Positions 28,376 through 38,034 of a stretch of 64,000 nucleotides of DNA are shown here, piece by piece. A model generated the notes under the pieces. It was given only the letters and a program-made list of their open reading frames with translations. It made no database searches and had not been told where the DNA came from. The stretch's first letter is position 1. Each line of letters begins with the position of its first letter. Source of the stretch: Candidatus Poribacteria bacterium (GTDB lineage Bacteria; Poribacteria; WGA-4E; WGA-3G); contig JAJEDN010000130.1 of assembly GCA_022821495.1 (NCBI GenBank), forward strand, positions 14,924 through 78,923. The letters are read 5' to 3'. The position numbers and the translations under genes are program-made.

Positions 28376-30541
28376 CTACTTCACAACACTTAACTTTCCA
28401 ATTTCTTGGACAGGTACCCCCGCCTGCTCCGCAGAAATACGGTAAATATAGATGCCCGATGCCACAGGAGCACCGCTAAGATTCGCGCCGCGCCACTCGA
28501 ATTTCCCTTGTGAGAATACATTTTGATGCGTTTCTCTATAAACAAGCGCACCCGTCGGGATAAAAATCTCAAGGTTAACGGTATCCGCAATTTGGGAGGC
28601 GGAGAGTCGATAAGCAAACGTCATTATCTCATCACCTAAGCGCAGCGGGTTCGGATATACGCGTGTCTCCTCAAAAGTAAATGCACCCGCTTCAAGTTGT
28701 TCCACCCGCAACTGGTAGGAATCGACACTACTAAACCCACCATCCGATTCAACAACAAGGTAGAACGTCTCTGTCGTCTTAGGTTGATAAGTAAGTTTCA
28801 ATCCGGCGATCTCTGTAGCATTTTCGCCGGTTGCAAGGATCTCACCGGTCACCGCGTGGAGAGACAATCGGTAACTCGTCTCCGGTGGAAGATCTGCCAA
28901 AGTTACTAAAATAGTTATACCACCGACAGCCTCTAACTTGTACACATCGCGCACATCACTCACGTCGAACAGGAAAGAATCGTATGTTTCACCGTATGTG
29001 ATCGGATATGCTGTCACAATCGTATCATTCGGTTCATACGTATCGCCAAACGACACCAGAATCGGGATGGTGAAACCTTCAGCACCGATATTCGTTATCG
29101 AAATCCCTGTTACCGTGCCGTCGTTTGCATTGCTATTCGGAACGGTGCCAGGCGTAAAAGCGGTGTGTCCATCATCTAAGGAATAGGCAGCACCCTCGGT
29201 GATCGTTACCACATTGATAGATTCAATGCCGTCTTGTTGATAAATACCAAGATGTTCAGGGTCTGTCGGATCCTCAAGCCATATCTGGTGAGAGGCGTCA
29301 TAAGAACCAACTGGATATGGACGCGTTTCATCGATGTGCCAAATCAAGATGCCTGATTCTGGTAAATAGGTATCGAAAGTTGCCCCTGAAGTTTTGTTCC
29401 GATTCTCTATAAGGAAAAATTCCCTCGCTTCTTTGTCAACCGAATTACCGGACGAGTGAATATCAATTTTGAAGAGCTTATTCGTTTTGGGACCGAGTTC
29501 AAAGCTGGGCACATCAATCTGCTGGTTTTCGGTTATCTGAATGGGTTCAATCCAACCGAGGCGGCCATTTTGAGGTCTCGCGTCAAAATCCCACTTCAGA
29601 TAACCCATGATATGACTCGGTTCCAAGCCGTTTCCAATACCAAACTCCGCCGGTCCTTGATACGGACCGAATGCACCCATAAGCCCCCATTTATGGTCGT
29701 GTGGACCCGTGAAGACTCCATAGACATCAGGCGCGCCGAAATCATGAAAAAACTCGTGGAAATAGATGCCTAAATGTGGGTGTTCAAAATCAGGTTCCTC
29801 AGCAACAACCGCAGCAGTATTGACACGCACCCCATCATGAATGGCATTAACACCAGGGATAAGAACAGACTGAATATCATAATCAATAACACCTGTGGAG
29901 GCTTGGTCATTGCCTGAATGGATGAGGAAAACATGGTCAACAATTCCGTCTTTGTCTCTATCGTATTGCGAAAAATCAACAATCGCATCTACACCCTCAC
30001 ATGCTTCCCGAACCAGTTCTCGATAACGTTCTAAGATGCGAACACCTTCGCCGTAATACGTCATCGGCTTCTTGGCGCGTATCCAAGCGTTACCTTTTGG
30101 AAGCACGCCTCCCATCGGTCCTGGCTGGATATCCATTTGCCCATAGGAATTTTCGAGATAATAAGTTTTCATGGAGACACCTTCTGTTGCGAAAAGGTAT
30201 CTATCGAATGCCGCACCCTCCCTACGTCCCGGCATATCAGAGAAATCTATCTTCAAGGCAAGCACATATTCTATACCATCGGATTGTAAAACACCCTGTT
30301 CTCTGGCGAGACAACAATCCTTCAGTGCTTCAAGAAAACCAGCGTTACTCTGTGGTGCTTTCGGCACTAATTCTCCACTCATCGGATCTTCATTAAAAAA
30401 AAGGTAAGGGTTTGGGGGAGCAGCGACACTTAACTCAGATAACAGCAGCAGGCAAATAATGCCAACAATCAATCGGATGGATAGATTAATCAAACTCGCC
30501 TCCACACTTACGGCATAAGATATAGAACTGAATGTCATCGG
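28376..30541 (-). CDS. Secreted M6 (immune inhibitor A-like) metalloprotease with C-terminal T9SS/FlgD-Ig-like sorting domain
   Basis: Zinc motif HEFFHDFG. The C-terminus VYPNPLRLGD...GIYIYRI...KLSVVK is CTD-like. The start is uncertain. ATG 30541 overlaps the upstream gene by 56 nt. A TTG within TTGATTAA at the upstream stop (~30493) is an alternative. Confidence 0.7.
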   Translation of the reverse strand, partial: PMTFSSISYAVSVEASLINLSIRLIVGIICLLLLSELSVAAPPNPYLFFNEDPMSGELVPKAPQSNAGFLEALKDCCLAREQGVLQSDGIEYVLALKIDFSDMPGRREGAAFDRYLFATEGVSMKTYYLENSYGQMDIQPGPMGGVLPKGNAWIRAKKPMTYYGEGVRILERYRELVREACEGVDAIVDFSQYDRDKDGIVDHVFLIHSGNDQASTGVIDYDIQSVLIPGVNAIHDGVRVNTAAVVAEEPDFEHPHLGIYFHEFFHDFGAPDVYGVFTGPHDHKWGLMGAFGPYQGPAEFGIGNGLEPSHIMGYLKWDFDARPQNGRLGWIEPIQITENQQIDVPSFELGPKTNKLFKIDIHSSGNSVDKEAREFFLIENRNKTSGATFDTYLPESGILIWHIDETRPYPVGSYDASHQIWLEDPTDPEHLGIYQQDGIESINVVTITEGAAYSLDDGHTAFTPGTVPNSNANDGTVTGISITNIGAEGFTIPILVSFGDTYEPNDTIVTAYPITYGETYDSFLFDVSDVRDVYKLEAVGGITILVTLADLPPETSYRLSLHAVTGEILATGENATEIAGLKLTYQPKTTETFYLVVESDGGFSSVDSYQLRVEQLEAGAFTFEETRVYPNPLRLGDEIMTFAYRLSASQIADTVNLEIFIPTGALVYRETHQNVFSQGKFEWRGANLSGAPVASGIYIYRISAEQAGVPVQEIGKLSVVK

Positions 30542-31784
30542 ATTGCGCGTGTTGTATGATGAGATCAACTGTCTGTTGTGGCAGATCTGCCGCACATTTA
30601 GGACATTTGTAGAGTGAACCTTCTATTTCAGGGAATTGTGTGAGATCTCCCCATATATCCTGGATCCAATATTTGAATTCCCAAGGTATTTCGGTCTCGA
30701 CTACCTTTGCGATCTCAACGGCATGTCGGATGAGTTTTTGACATTCGCTAATCGAAGCAGGTTCGTAGAGGTGTGGCAAATACCTGAGCGGCAGTGGTTT
30801 CCCTTCTGTCTCAGTTTGCACATTAAAATCGCGGGCGCGGGTGAGCAGAATCTGATCCAAACGTGAACCCTCTTCCCGACCTTTAGACCAGAACCGGTAG
30901 TAACCAGTGCGTTTGATATGAAAAAAAGCAGGGTGTTTGCTCGGTTTGTTACCCATTGGATCGTCTAAAGCAGTATCCCAAAGCCAACGTCCCCATTTAG
31001 AAGTATCATCAGGGTTCGCCCAAATTTTTATCGCACCGGGACCGCCGTCTTTATCCCATGGCTTTGCCTGTACGTCATCCATACCGATCCAATAAGAGTC
31101 TTTGCTATATTCAAAGAAGACACGCGTCCAAAGATACCACTTCCCCGTTTTAGGGATATAAATTTCGTGTATCGCACGCGCACCCGGTAAACTATCAATG
31201 GCTTTGCCACCGGAGGCACCTTCGTGATCAACTATTTTCACGCCGTTATCAAGATGAATCGCCTTATCCGCTTCAATAATAAGCGTGTCCTTGGGCACCC
31301 GAATAACTTCCTCAGGTTCATCTGTATCGTGCAAGTCTGTCGGTTCACTGAGATTGTAACTTTTCGCTATTCTTTGTGAAACTTTCTCAAACTGTTTTTC
31401 CGAGAGGTTCGCATCAAAAAAACAGTCTCGAATACCTTTCTTCCATAGATCCAGCAAGAGAAACATCGCTTTCAAGTTCCCATCTGGGCGTTTGCGCGTA
31501 CCTACTACAATTAACATGCCGGTGTCTTTGGAACGACTGATTAAGCAGCGATGGAGCGGAAAATCTGATTTCCTGCGGATTCTACTTGAAACGACGAGTG
31601 GTGCATAGTACCGGCATCTTTCATCACAACCGGGGATCTTCGCGCGTTTCGCTCTACAACATTCTGGACAGATTAACATGCCACCGAGGGCAGGGCAAAT
31701 GCGTTTCCCATTATTGGAACGGCAGGTGCGACAACGCTGACTTTTGTACCGTTTCGCTGATGTTTGCCGTTTGTAATGTCGCAT
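30486..31784 (-). CDS. Cys-rich (zinc-ribbon-like) protein with central jelly-roll/CBM-like domain, function unknown
   Basis: 432 aa with no signal peptide. N-terminal CxxC clusters (CRTCRSNNGKRICP...CPECC...CDERC). C-terminal CPKC...CRKCGGEFD. The central G.Y.LW.R...W.W...GSRLDQILLT pattern resembles carbohydrate-binding jelly rolls. Confidence 0.55.
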   Translation of the reverse strand: MRHYKRQTSAKRYKSQRCRTCRSNNGKRICPALGGMLICPECCRAKRAKIPGCDERCRYYAPLVVSSRIRRKSDFPLHRCLISRSKDTGMLIVVGTRKRPDGNLKAMFLLLDLWKKGIRDCFFDANLSEKQFEKVSQRIAKSYNLSEPTDLHDTDEPEEVIRVPKDTLIIEADKAIHLDNGVKIVDHEGASGGKAIDSLPGARAIHEIYIPKTGKWYLWTRVFFEYSKDSYWIGMDDVQAKPWDKDGGPGAIKIWANPDDTSKWGRWLWDTALDDPMGNKPSKHPAFFHIKRTGYYRFWSKGREEGSRLDQILLTRARDFNVQTETEGKPLPLRYLPHLYEPASISECQKLIRHAVEIAKVVETEIPWEFKYWIQDIWGDLTQFPEIEGSLYKCPKCAADLPQQTVDLIIQHAQSDDIQFYILCRKCGGEFD

Positions 31785-31867
31785 GTTTTCCCCCAGAAAA
31801 CAGGTGCAATTGAGAGGTACACCTAAAAATTCTATAGCAAAATGACCCTGTTACTACAGGTGGGCAA

Positions 31868-34168
31868 TCAACTCGGACGATTCACAAGATCCGCCAGATA
31901 TTCAGCAATCTTATCTGTAATTTGTTGCGCATCTACATCCGCAAAGTTAAATAACTCTTTAAGCATCGGAGAGATAGCACCGGTATCCAGCAAAGCGTTC
32001 GCGAGTCTACCCATACTGCTTCGGTTGATGCCACCTTGACCATCAGTGTTACCCATATCCAGAATCTTAATGCTATCGATCTTCTCAACCGGTTTCATCA
32101 GCTGCTCGATAATATCATCGGCATCATTGATCAGTTCTAAGATCGCCTCTTGCACAAGGACGCGTTGTTCAGCAACATTCCGTGCTTCATATTCTGCCAT
32201 CTCACCTTGTGCTTTCGCACGGGCTTCAGCGAGCACCGCGTCTGCAAGACGTTCAATCGGCTGTGCCTGCGCTTCAGCACCGATGACTGCAACTTCACGC
32301 TGCCACTCCGCCGACATCACCTCTTCCGTGGCCGTCACATTCACTTCGGCACCCATACGTTCGGCTTCCGCAACCAATTTCTCTTTTTCCGCAAGTGCGG
32401 TCACCTGCTGTTTATTGGCGACTTCAATCTTCCGGTCTTCATCCGTTAACGCAACACCCAATTCCTGTCCGATACGCGACTGTTCTACTGTCAGCATTTT
32501 GGCGATTTCAGCGAGTTCTACCTGCCGCATCTGATCAATCTGCGCAGTTTCGACGACGAGGTTCTTCTCAATCTCGCGCTGCATGACTTGTTGCTCCTGC
32601 GCGAAGGTCTCGGTCTGCACAATCAACTCACGCTCGATATCTCGGAGCATCACACCCTCTTCTTGGGCAATACGCGCCTTCTCGACCGCCAACACCTTTT
32701 CTAACTCACGGACCTCTACCTGCTCTACTTGTGCGATACGTGTCAACTCTACTGTCAGCATTTTGGCGATTTCAGCGAGTTCTACCTGTCGCACCTGATC
32801 AATCTGCGCAGTTTCGACGACGAGGTTCTTCTCAATCTCGCGCTGCATAACCTGCTGTTCTTGCGCGAAGCGTTCGGTCTGAACGAGCAACTCACGCTCG
32901 ATATCCCGGAGCATTACACCCTCTTCTTGGGCGATACGCGCTTTCTCGACCGTCAATACCTTCTCTATCTCACGCACCTCAATCGCCTGCTCCTGCTCAA
33001 TTTTCTGTAACTGGACAGTGAGGTACTGATCAATTTCAGCGAGTTGGACAACTCTTGATTGCTCGATCTGTTGTGTTTCAACAATGAGGTTCTTCTCAAT
33101 CTCACGTTCGGCAACAATTTGTTCCTGTTGGACCCGAGCGACTTCAACATCGCGATTCATCTCAATTTCGCGTTCTTGGACGACCTGTTCTTGTGTGATA
33201 CGTGCACGTTCAACCTCTTGCTTCATCTCGTATTCACGTTCTTGCACACTCTGTTCCATCTCAAATTGGAACTTCAGGGTTTCCGCTTCCCGTTCAGCGG
33301 CATAGATCGCGATGTTTTTCTGCTGGTCGGACTCTGCCCACGCTTGCTCCTGTTCCGCTTCAAGTTTTTCTATTCGAGCCGCAACCTCAATTTGGACAAT
33401 AGCGACTTCTTTGCGTTGTATGATGTCTACCTTTTCACGTTCCTGATCAGCTGTGATTTCCGTGATCTCACGGATACCGACAGCATCAAATCGGTTTTCA
33501 GCGTCAAGCGTCTCAACAGGCGTTTGATCCACTCGGATAATCGAGACGGTCTCAAGTGTTAATCCGTTTTGGGTTTCTAAATCCTCACCGCACGCCTCTT
33601 GGACTTTGTCAGCGAACTCTTGGCGTTTCTGGAGGAGTTCTTGGATCTCACTTTCGGCGGCTACGCTTCGCAAAGCACCTTCGAGTTTCGGTTCAATGAG
33701 TTCACGAACTGTCTCCGGGGTCATTGATTTATCACCGAGTGCTTGTGCCGCACGTAAAACATCATCTTCTTTCGGTTCAACCTTAAGATAGAAAACAACT
33801 TCGACATCACCACGGTTGAAATCATAGGTAATTAATGCCTCTGAACCTTCGCGGATGACCTCAATCCGCATGGTATTTAGTGAGATCTCTTTAATTTCAT
33901 GGATAATTGTGTTAACCCAGAGTCCCCTGGTGATACTAATTTTTTCTTTTGAACCACCTGTCCGCACAAGTGCAACATCGGCTTTCGGTATCCGGTAGCG
34001 TATAACTGCGGCAGCAAAGGCAGCCAAAATAGCGAGCAATACGATTAGAACAAATGATGACCATTTCATTACATCACTCTGCCCAAAACGGTCAAGCTGT
34101 CCAAAGGCGAACCAGCCGACAGCGATTGCCACAATAATTAAGAAGACGATAACAGCTATGAAACGCAT
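31868..34168 (-). CDS. Flotillin/SPFH (band 7) family protein with extended repetitive coiled-coil
   Basis: 766 aa. N-terminal TM helices followed by an SPFH-like segment. Long EA/Q-rich repeats include a near-identical 88-aa tandem duplication. Confidence 0.75.
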   Translation of the reverse strand: MRFIAVIVFLIIVAIAVGWFAFGQLDRFGQSDVMKWSSFVLIVLLAILAAFAAAVIRYRIPKADVALVRTGGSKEKISITRGLWVNTIIHEIKEISLNTMRIEVIREGSEALITYDFNRGDVEVVFYLKVEPKEDDVLRAAQALGDKSMTPETVRELIEPKLEGALRSVAAESEIQELLQKRQEFADKVQEACGEDLETQNGLTLETVSIIRVDQTPVETLDAENRFDAVGIREITEITADQEREKVDIIQRKEVAIVQIEVAARIEKLEAEQEQAWAESDQQKNIAIYAAEREAETLKFQFEMEQSVQEREYEMKQEVERARITQEQVVQEREIEMNRDVEVARVQQEQIVAEREIEKNLIVETQQIEQSRVVQLAEIDQYLTVQLQKIEQEQAIEVREIEKVLTVEKARIAQEEGVMLRDIERELLVQTERFAQEQQVMQREIEKNLVVETAQIDQVRQVELAEIAKMLTVELTRIAQVEQVEVRELEKVLAVEKARIAQEEGVMLRDIERELIVQTETFAQEQQVMQREIEKNLVVETAQIDQMRQVELAEIAKMLTVEQSRIGQELGVALTDEDRKIEVANKQQVTALAEKEKLVAEAERMGAEVNVTATEEVMSAEWQREVAVIGAEAQAQPIERLADAVLAEARAKAQGEMAEYEARNVAEQRVLVQEAILELINDADDIIEQLMKPVEKIDSIKILDMGNTDGQGGINRSSMGRLANALLDTGAISPMLKELFNFADVDAQQITDKIAEYLADLVNRPS
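32487..33014. repeat. Intragenic tandem duplication, 2 x 264 bp (88 codons), inside the flotillin-like gene
   Basis: Unit starts (actgtcagcattttggcgatttcagcgagttctacctg) are at 32487 and 32751. The first ~225 bp of each unit are near-identical by eye. Confidence 0.85.
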
Positions 34169-34217
34169 TCAATTCTCCTATAGGATGATAGCACGAAGGC
34201 ACAAGCGCGCCTAAATT

Positions 34218-35633
34218 TTACCGAAAAATTTCCTTATCGCTGAGGTTCGTCCGGTATCGCCCTTTCAGCGGTTGACGTGGAGATGTCTGCCACGCGAGAT
34301 TTGCTAAGTAGCATAGCGCATTTTCAATCAGAGGTTTCGCTATAGTGGTGCGATGCGCATCACGCGTATCCACGGCAAAAGTGACGTAATACCCTTCACC
34401 CCATTGCAACTGGACGCTGACAGCGTCACGGTTGTCCTCCCGGACTGCCAGTTTGCGGTAACTCCGATCATCTGTCACCCAGTGATCATCAGTCATCAAG
34501 GTATCTACATTAACTTTGTGAGGCCAAGTGAACATGCCGGTTTTCTGTCCATCATCGGTAACTTGGACATTGCAATCATCAGAATTAATCACGCGAATCG
34601 GATGTCGGTTCACGGGCATCCAATCGCCACGCCATTGCGGTTCACTGTTATGCACACCGTCAGGCGGGATAATATGGTTGTCCATTGCCGAAGCCCAAAC
34701 AATCCCGCCTTTGCGGACAAACTCTTGGATCGCTTGTTCAGCATCTTCAACAAAATATTCACCGTCATGTCCCGGACCGTTCCATGTAAACCAGATGATG
34801 TCGTAATCCGAAAGCGTAATGCTTGAAAGCTTAACCGCATTGTTAGGATCACCGCGATTCTCAGGGTTGTCGTTGATATTTACAGTTGTAAATTGGAATT
34901 CTAATCCTTCTACGGTCGTCAGCGATTCTAACACCGCCGGTTCGCCTGTGAGACTATCACTGACAACAATAAGCACGCGAAATATCCCCAACGGCACAAT
35001 TTTTATCGAGGAGATGATGTCCGAAAATGATTGTGAATGTGGAAGTGCCCTGAGGTTCCGAAGCCCCAACTGAAACTCTCGCGAGTTTAAACTCACGTCC
35101 AAGCGGCGACCTTCAAAATTCACATGTTCATAGAAAATGACACGGCACCCGCTAAACGGAAAACTCGGACCCCGCCGGATACGAATCGATGAAATCATAT
35201 CGTTCATGCCAATATCAAATATAGAACTGATATCGCGCATAATTACACTCCGCTGACCGCTATAGTCTACCTCGCGGAATACTTCAATGATAACAGGAAC
35301 AGCACCGTATTCGGGTGGGGTCGGGTGCGCCGATGGACTAAAACTGATAGCCGTGATCGCATCACCGAAATTGTACGGGATGTCATGGATATTTGGATAA
35401 AACCCAGGCGCAAGGACCAACCGGCGCCCCCTATAATTTTCATGCTCGTGAAAAATAGCTTTGTAGTTCGGCGACGCGTTGAATCCCGGTCCCTTGTAGA
35501 TCTTGATTGAAGAGATAATATCTTGGGCACCGATCACACTGGTGTTCGGCACCGATTCAATGAGCGTCAATTTGCGCCCTTGAAAATTCACATGTTCAAA
35601 GACTTCAACGACGAGCCTCGGCATGTTGGTCAT
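34218..35633 (-). CDS. Beta/gamma-crystallin (2 double-Greek-key domains) fused to a ThuA/DUF4159-like class-I glutamine-amidotransferase-like domain
   Basis: 471 aa. There are four repeats of the pattern VFEHVNFQGR...ISSIKI. The C-terminal DYDIIWFTWNGPG...FVRKGGIVWA pattern resembles the ThuA-like fold. Confidence 0.6.
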   Translation of the reverse strand: MTNMPRLVVEVFEHVNFQGRKLTLIESVPNTSVIGAQDIISSIKIYKGPGFNASPNYKAIFHEHENYRGRRLVLAPGFYPNIHDIPYNFGDAITAISFSPSAHPTPPEYGAVPVIIEVFREVDYSGQRSVIMRDISSIFDIGMNDMISSIRIRRGPSFPFSGCRVIFYEHVNFEGRRLDVSLNSREFQLGLRNLRALPHSQSFSDIISSIKIVPLGIFRVLIVVSDSLTGEPAVLESLTTVEGLEFQFTTVNINDNPENRGDPNNAVKLSSITLSDYDIIWFTWNGPGHDGEYFVEDAEQAIQEFVRKGGIVWASAMDNHIIPPDGVHNSEPQWRGDWMPVNRHPIRVINSDDCNVQVTDDGQKTGMFTWPHKVNVDTLMTDDHWVTDDRSYRKLAVREDNRDAVSVQLQWGEGYYVTFAVDTRDAHRTTIAKPLIENALCYLANLAWQTSPRQPLKGRYRTNLSDKEIFR

Positions 35634-35847
35634 AACCTGCTCCTTGTTTTCAGGCGTGACTTACAACGTGATTGCAAGTTAAAGTATAATACCATTAGCA
35701 GAGACGATTTGTCAAGGAAAATATAAAATTTTCTACAGATGGCTTTGCCCGCCTCTTCGTTTTTTCTTGGTTTATTGCAAAAAATATGATACACTACAGA
35801 TAAAATGTGTGAATCTCGCTTTTCAAATCGTACGTGGAGGAACCCTG

Positions 35848-36720
35848 ATGTCTTACAAAAGAGTGCTCCTCGTTATTGTATTCATAGGTATCAGTGGACT
35901 GCTCGTCTATTCCTTGATACAAATTGAGAAGTCTGTTATACAACAGACGGCAGAATCACGCCCTGTAGCCCTCCCTTATAATTGGATCGGAAGTGTTACA
36001 GAAGAACAGATACCAGAACCCTCAGGTATTACCTACCATCCAACGCGGCGGAGCCTGTTCATTGCTGATGATTCAGGCGCCATCTATGAAGTCAATCTAC
36101 AGGGAACGCTTATCCAAGCTAAAGGGTTAAACGAACTCGATATTGAGGGAATTACGATGAATCCGGGGACAGGTTTACTGTATGCCGCTATCGAAGACGA
36201 TGAAACAATCTTAGAACTTGAACCCGAAACGCTCACGGTTAAAAGAGAATTCCGAATCAACAGATATTTTAAAGGTGAACTGCTCCTAAAAAAAGGCGGC
36301 ATGGGAGTTGAGGCTATCGCTTTTGTACCCGATGCCTCGCACCCTGAGGGCGGTACCTTTTGGATCGGTAATCAAACCTTTAGTCTTAAGGCAAATGATG
36401 AACCTTCTGTTGTCTGTGAGGTCGTTCTACCAATTCTCAGTGAAACCGCAAAGCAGTCTGAAGGCACCATCATTAACGCTTATAAGATGAACTTCATCGA
36501 TATTTCCGGGCTCGCTTACGATGCTCAAGACGATCTACTGGTCCTCATCAGTGATACAACTAACCTCTTAGTCGAGATTAAACGGGAAGGCAAAATTTTA
36601 AGTAAATACCTCTTGCCCGGTGATGAGCAAGAGGGTGTAACATTAGATGGGCTCGGTTATATGTACATCGCTCAAGAAAGCGGAGAGATTATTAAATTGG
36701 GAGATCGGCGACTCCGCTAA
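35848..36720 (+). CDS. SdiA-regulated/YjiK-like beta-propeller protein, membrane anchored
   Basis: The track ORF starts at 35767. I prefer ATG 35848 (GGAGG upstream, MSYKRVLLVIVFIG anchor). Motifs are EPSGITYHP, DIEGIT and EGVTLD. Confidence 0.65.
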   Translation: MSYKRVLLVIVFIGISGLLVYSLIQIEKSVIQQTAESRPVALPYNWIGSVTEEQIPEPSGITYHPTRRSLFIADDSGAIYEVNLQGTLIQAKGLNELDIEGITMNPGTGLLYAAIEDDETILELEPETLTVKREFRINRYFKGELLLKKGGMGVEAIAFVPDASHPEGGTFWIGNQTFSLKANDEPSVVCEVVLPILSETAKQSEGTIINAYKMNFIDISGLAYDAQDDLLVLISDTTNLLVEIKREGKILSKYLLPGDEQEGVTLDGLGYMYIAQESGEIIKLGDRRLR

Positions 36721-36724
36721 AAAC

Positions 36725-36778
36725 GGAACTTACGCATCACCTCTTAAAGTCCCCCTGATAAGGGGGATTTAGGGGGTT
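36725..36778. repeat. Family-1 dispersed palindromic repeat
   Basis: ggaacttacgcatcacctcttaaagtccccctgataagggggatttagggggtt. It lies between convergent genes. Confidence 0.85.
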
Positions 36779-36788
36779 TTGCCCTAAC

Positions 36789-37031
36789 TTATCCAGACGC
36801 TCCGCTGTCTTCCGGTTCCACTTCGGTATCTTCAAGGCGTAATACTGTAACCCCAGGCATCAAATCTAATATAAGGTTAAGGGACGCATACTGTTCCGCT
36901 GTGTAACCACGATCTGATCGCCATAATACTTGCACATTGCCTTCATCGTATAATATCCCATTTGCAAGCTGCTTGCCATTGGCATCTTCCAAATAGAAGG
37001 GTCTGCGGCGTTTGGTGTCCATGCTTTCCAT
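36789..37031 (-). CDS. Hypothetical small protein
   Basis: An 80-aa ORF with no recognisable motif. It is convergent with the previous gene. Confidence 0.35.
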   Translation of the reverse strand: MESMDTKRRRPFYLEDANGKQLANGILYDEGNVQVLWRSDRGYTAEQYASLNLILDLMPGVTVLRLEDTEVEPEDSGASG

Positions 37032-37083
37032 AACAAATATTAAGACGAATTTTAACTGCGTCCTGCGAAAACAGTTTTAAGGG

Positions 37084-37923
37084 TTATGAGAGTCTAACAA
37101 AATCAGCCTCTACACGATGCGGAATTATCCCTGCAGCGTTGCCGCGATTGAGCAATTCACGCACCCCCGCTCTACCTTTATCACCATAATCGAGCGTGTA
37201 ATCATTGACATACATCCCAACGAATTTGTCGGCGAGCTCGGTCTCCATATCACGCGCATAGGTCATGGCGTATTCCAAGCCGCGTACCCGATGGTCAAGT
37301 GAATACTGGATGCTCTGCTTGAGCAGGGCGGTTACCTTATCTATAGTTTCGGTACCGAGGTTTCGGCGAATCACATTCGCACCGAGCGGCAAGGGGAGCC
37401 CTGTCTCTTCATACCACCATTCTCCCAAATCGATAACTTTGTGAAGCCCTTCTCGTGCATAAGTCAACTGTCCTTCATGGATAATAAGTCCAGCGTCTAC
37501 CTCATCCTGTTGGACAGCCTCTAATATCTTATCGAAGGGGCGGACCTCCGCCTCAAAGTTAGGTTGGAAAAGGCTCAGTGTGAGATAAGCTGTTGTCATC
37601 TTGCCGGGGATAGCAACGCGCTTGCCTTCGAGGGTGTCCATCGGTGTTTTGGAAACAACAAGCGGACCATAGCGATCACCGATGCTTGCTCCACACGGCA
37701 TGAGGGCATAATCTTTCGCAACATAAGCGTAAGCATGGACTGAGATCGCTGTGACCTCAAGTTCAGCATTCAGCGCGCGTTGGTTTAAGGTCTCAATATC
37801 TTCAATGACATGCACGATCTCATACGGATTCGTTGGAATTAACCCCTTCGCAAGCGCATAGAACATAAAAGCATCATCGGAGTCTGGACTGTGTCCAATC
37901 CGAATTTTTTCTGTTTGTGACAT
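37084..37923 (-). CDS. MqnA/MqnD family protein (futalosine-pathway menaquinone biosynthesis, periplasmic-binding-protein-like fold)
   Basis: 279 aa. The N-terminus IRIGHSPDSDDAFMFYAL and overall size are typical of PF02621-type proteins. I cannot distinguish MqnA from MqnD by eye. Confidence 0.7.
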   Translation of the reverse strand: MSQTEKIRIGHSPDSDDAFMFYALAKGLIPTNPYEIVHVIEDIETLNQRALNAELEVTAISVHAYAYVAKDYALMPCGASIGDRYGPLVVSKTPMDTLEGKRVAIPGKMTTAYLTLSLFQPNFEAEVRPFDKILEAVQQDEVDAGLIIHEGQLTYAREGLHKVIDLGEWWYEETGLPLPLGANVIRRNLGTETIDKVTALLKQSIQYSLDHRVRGLEYAMTYARDMETELADKFVGMYVNDYTLDYGDKGRAGVRELLNRGNAAGIIPHRVEADFVRLS

Positions 37924-38034
37924 AGTATCCTTTCTAAGTATCTGATTGCGGTTTTCTTTTTAGAATGATATAATAAAGTTGTTTAAATCGGTTCCCCATT
38001 AAATTTGCATCTACTTCGGAGTAATTACAACAGA

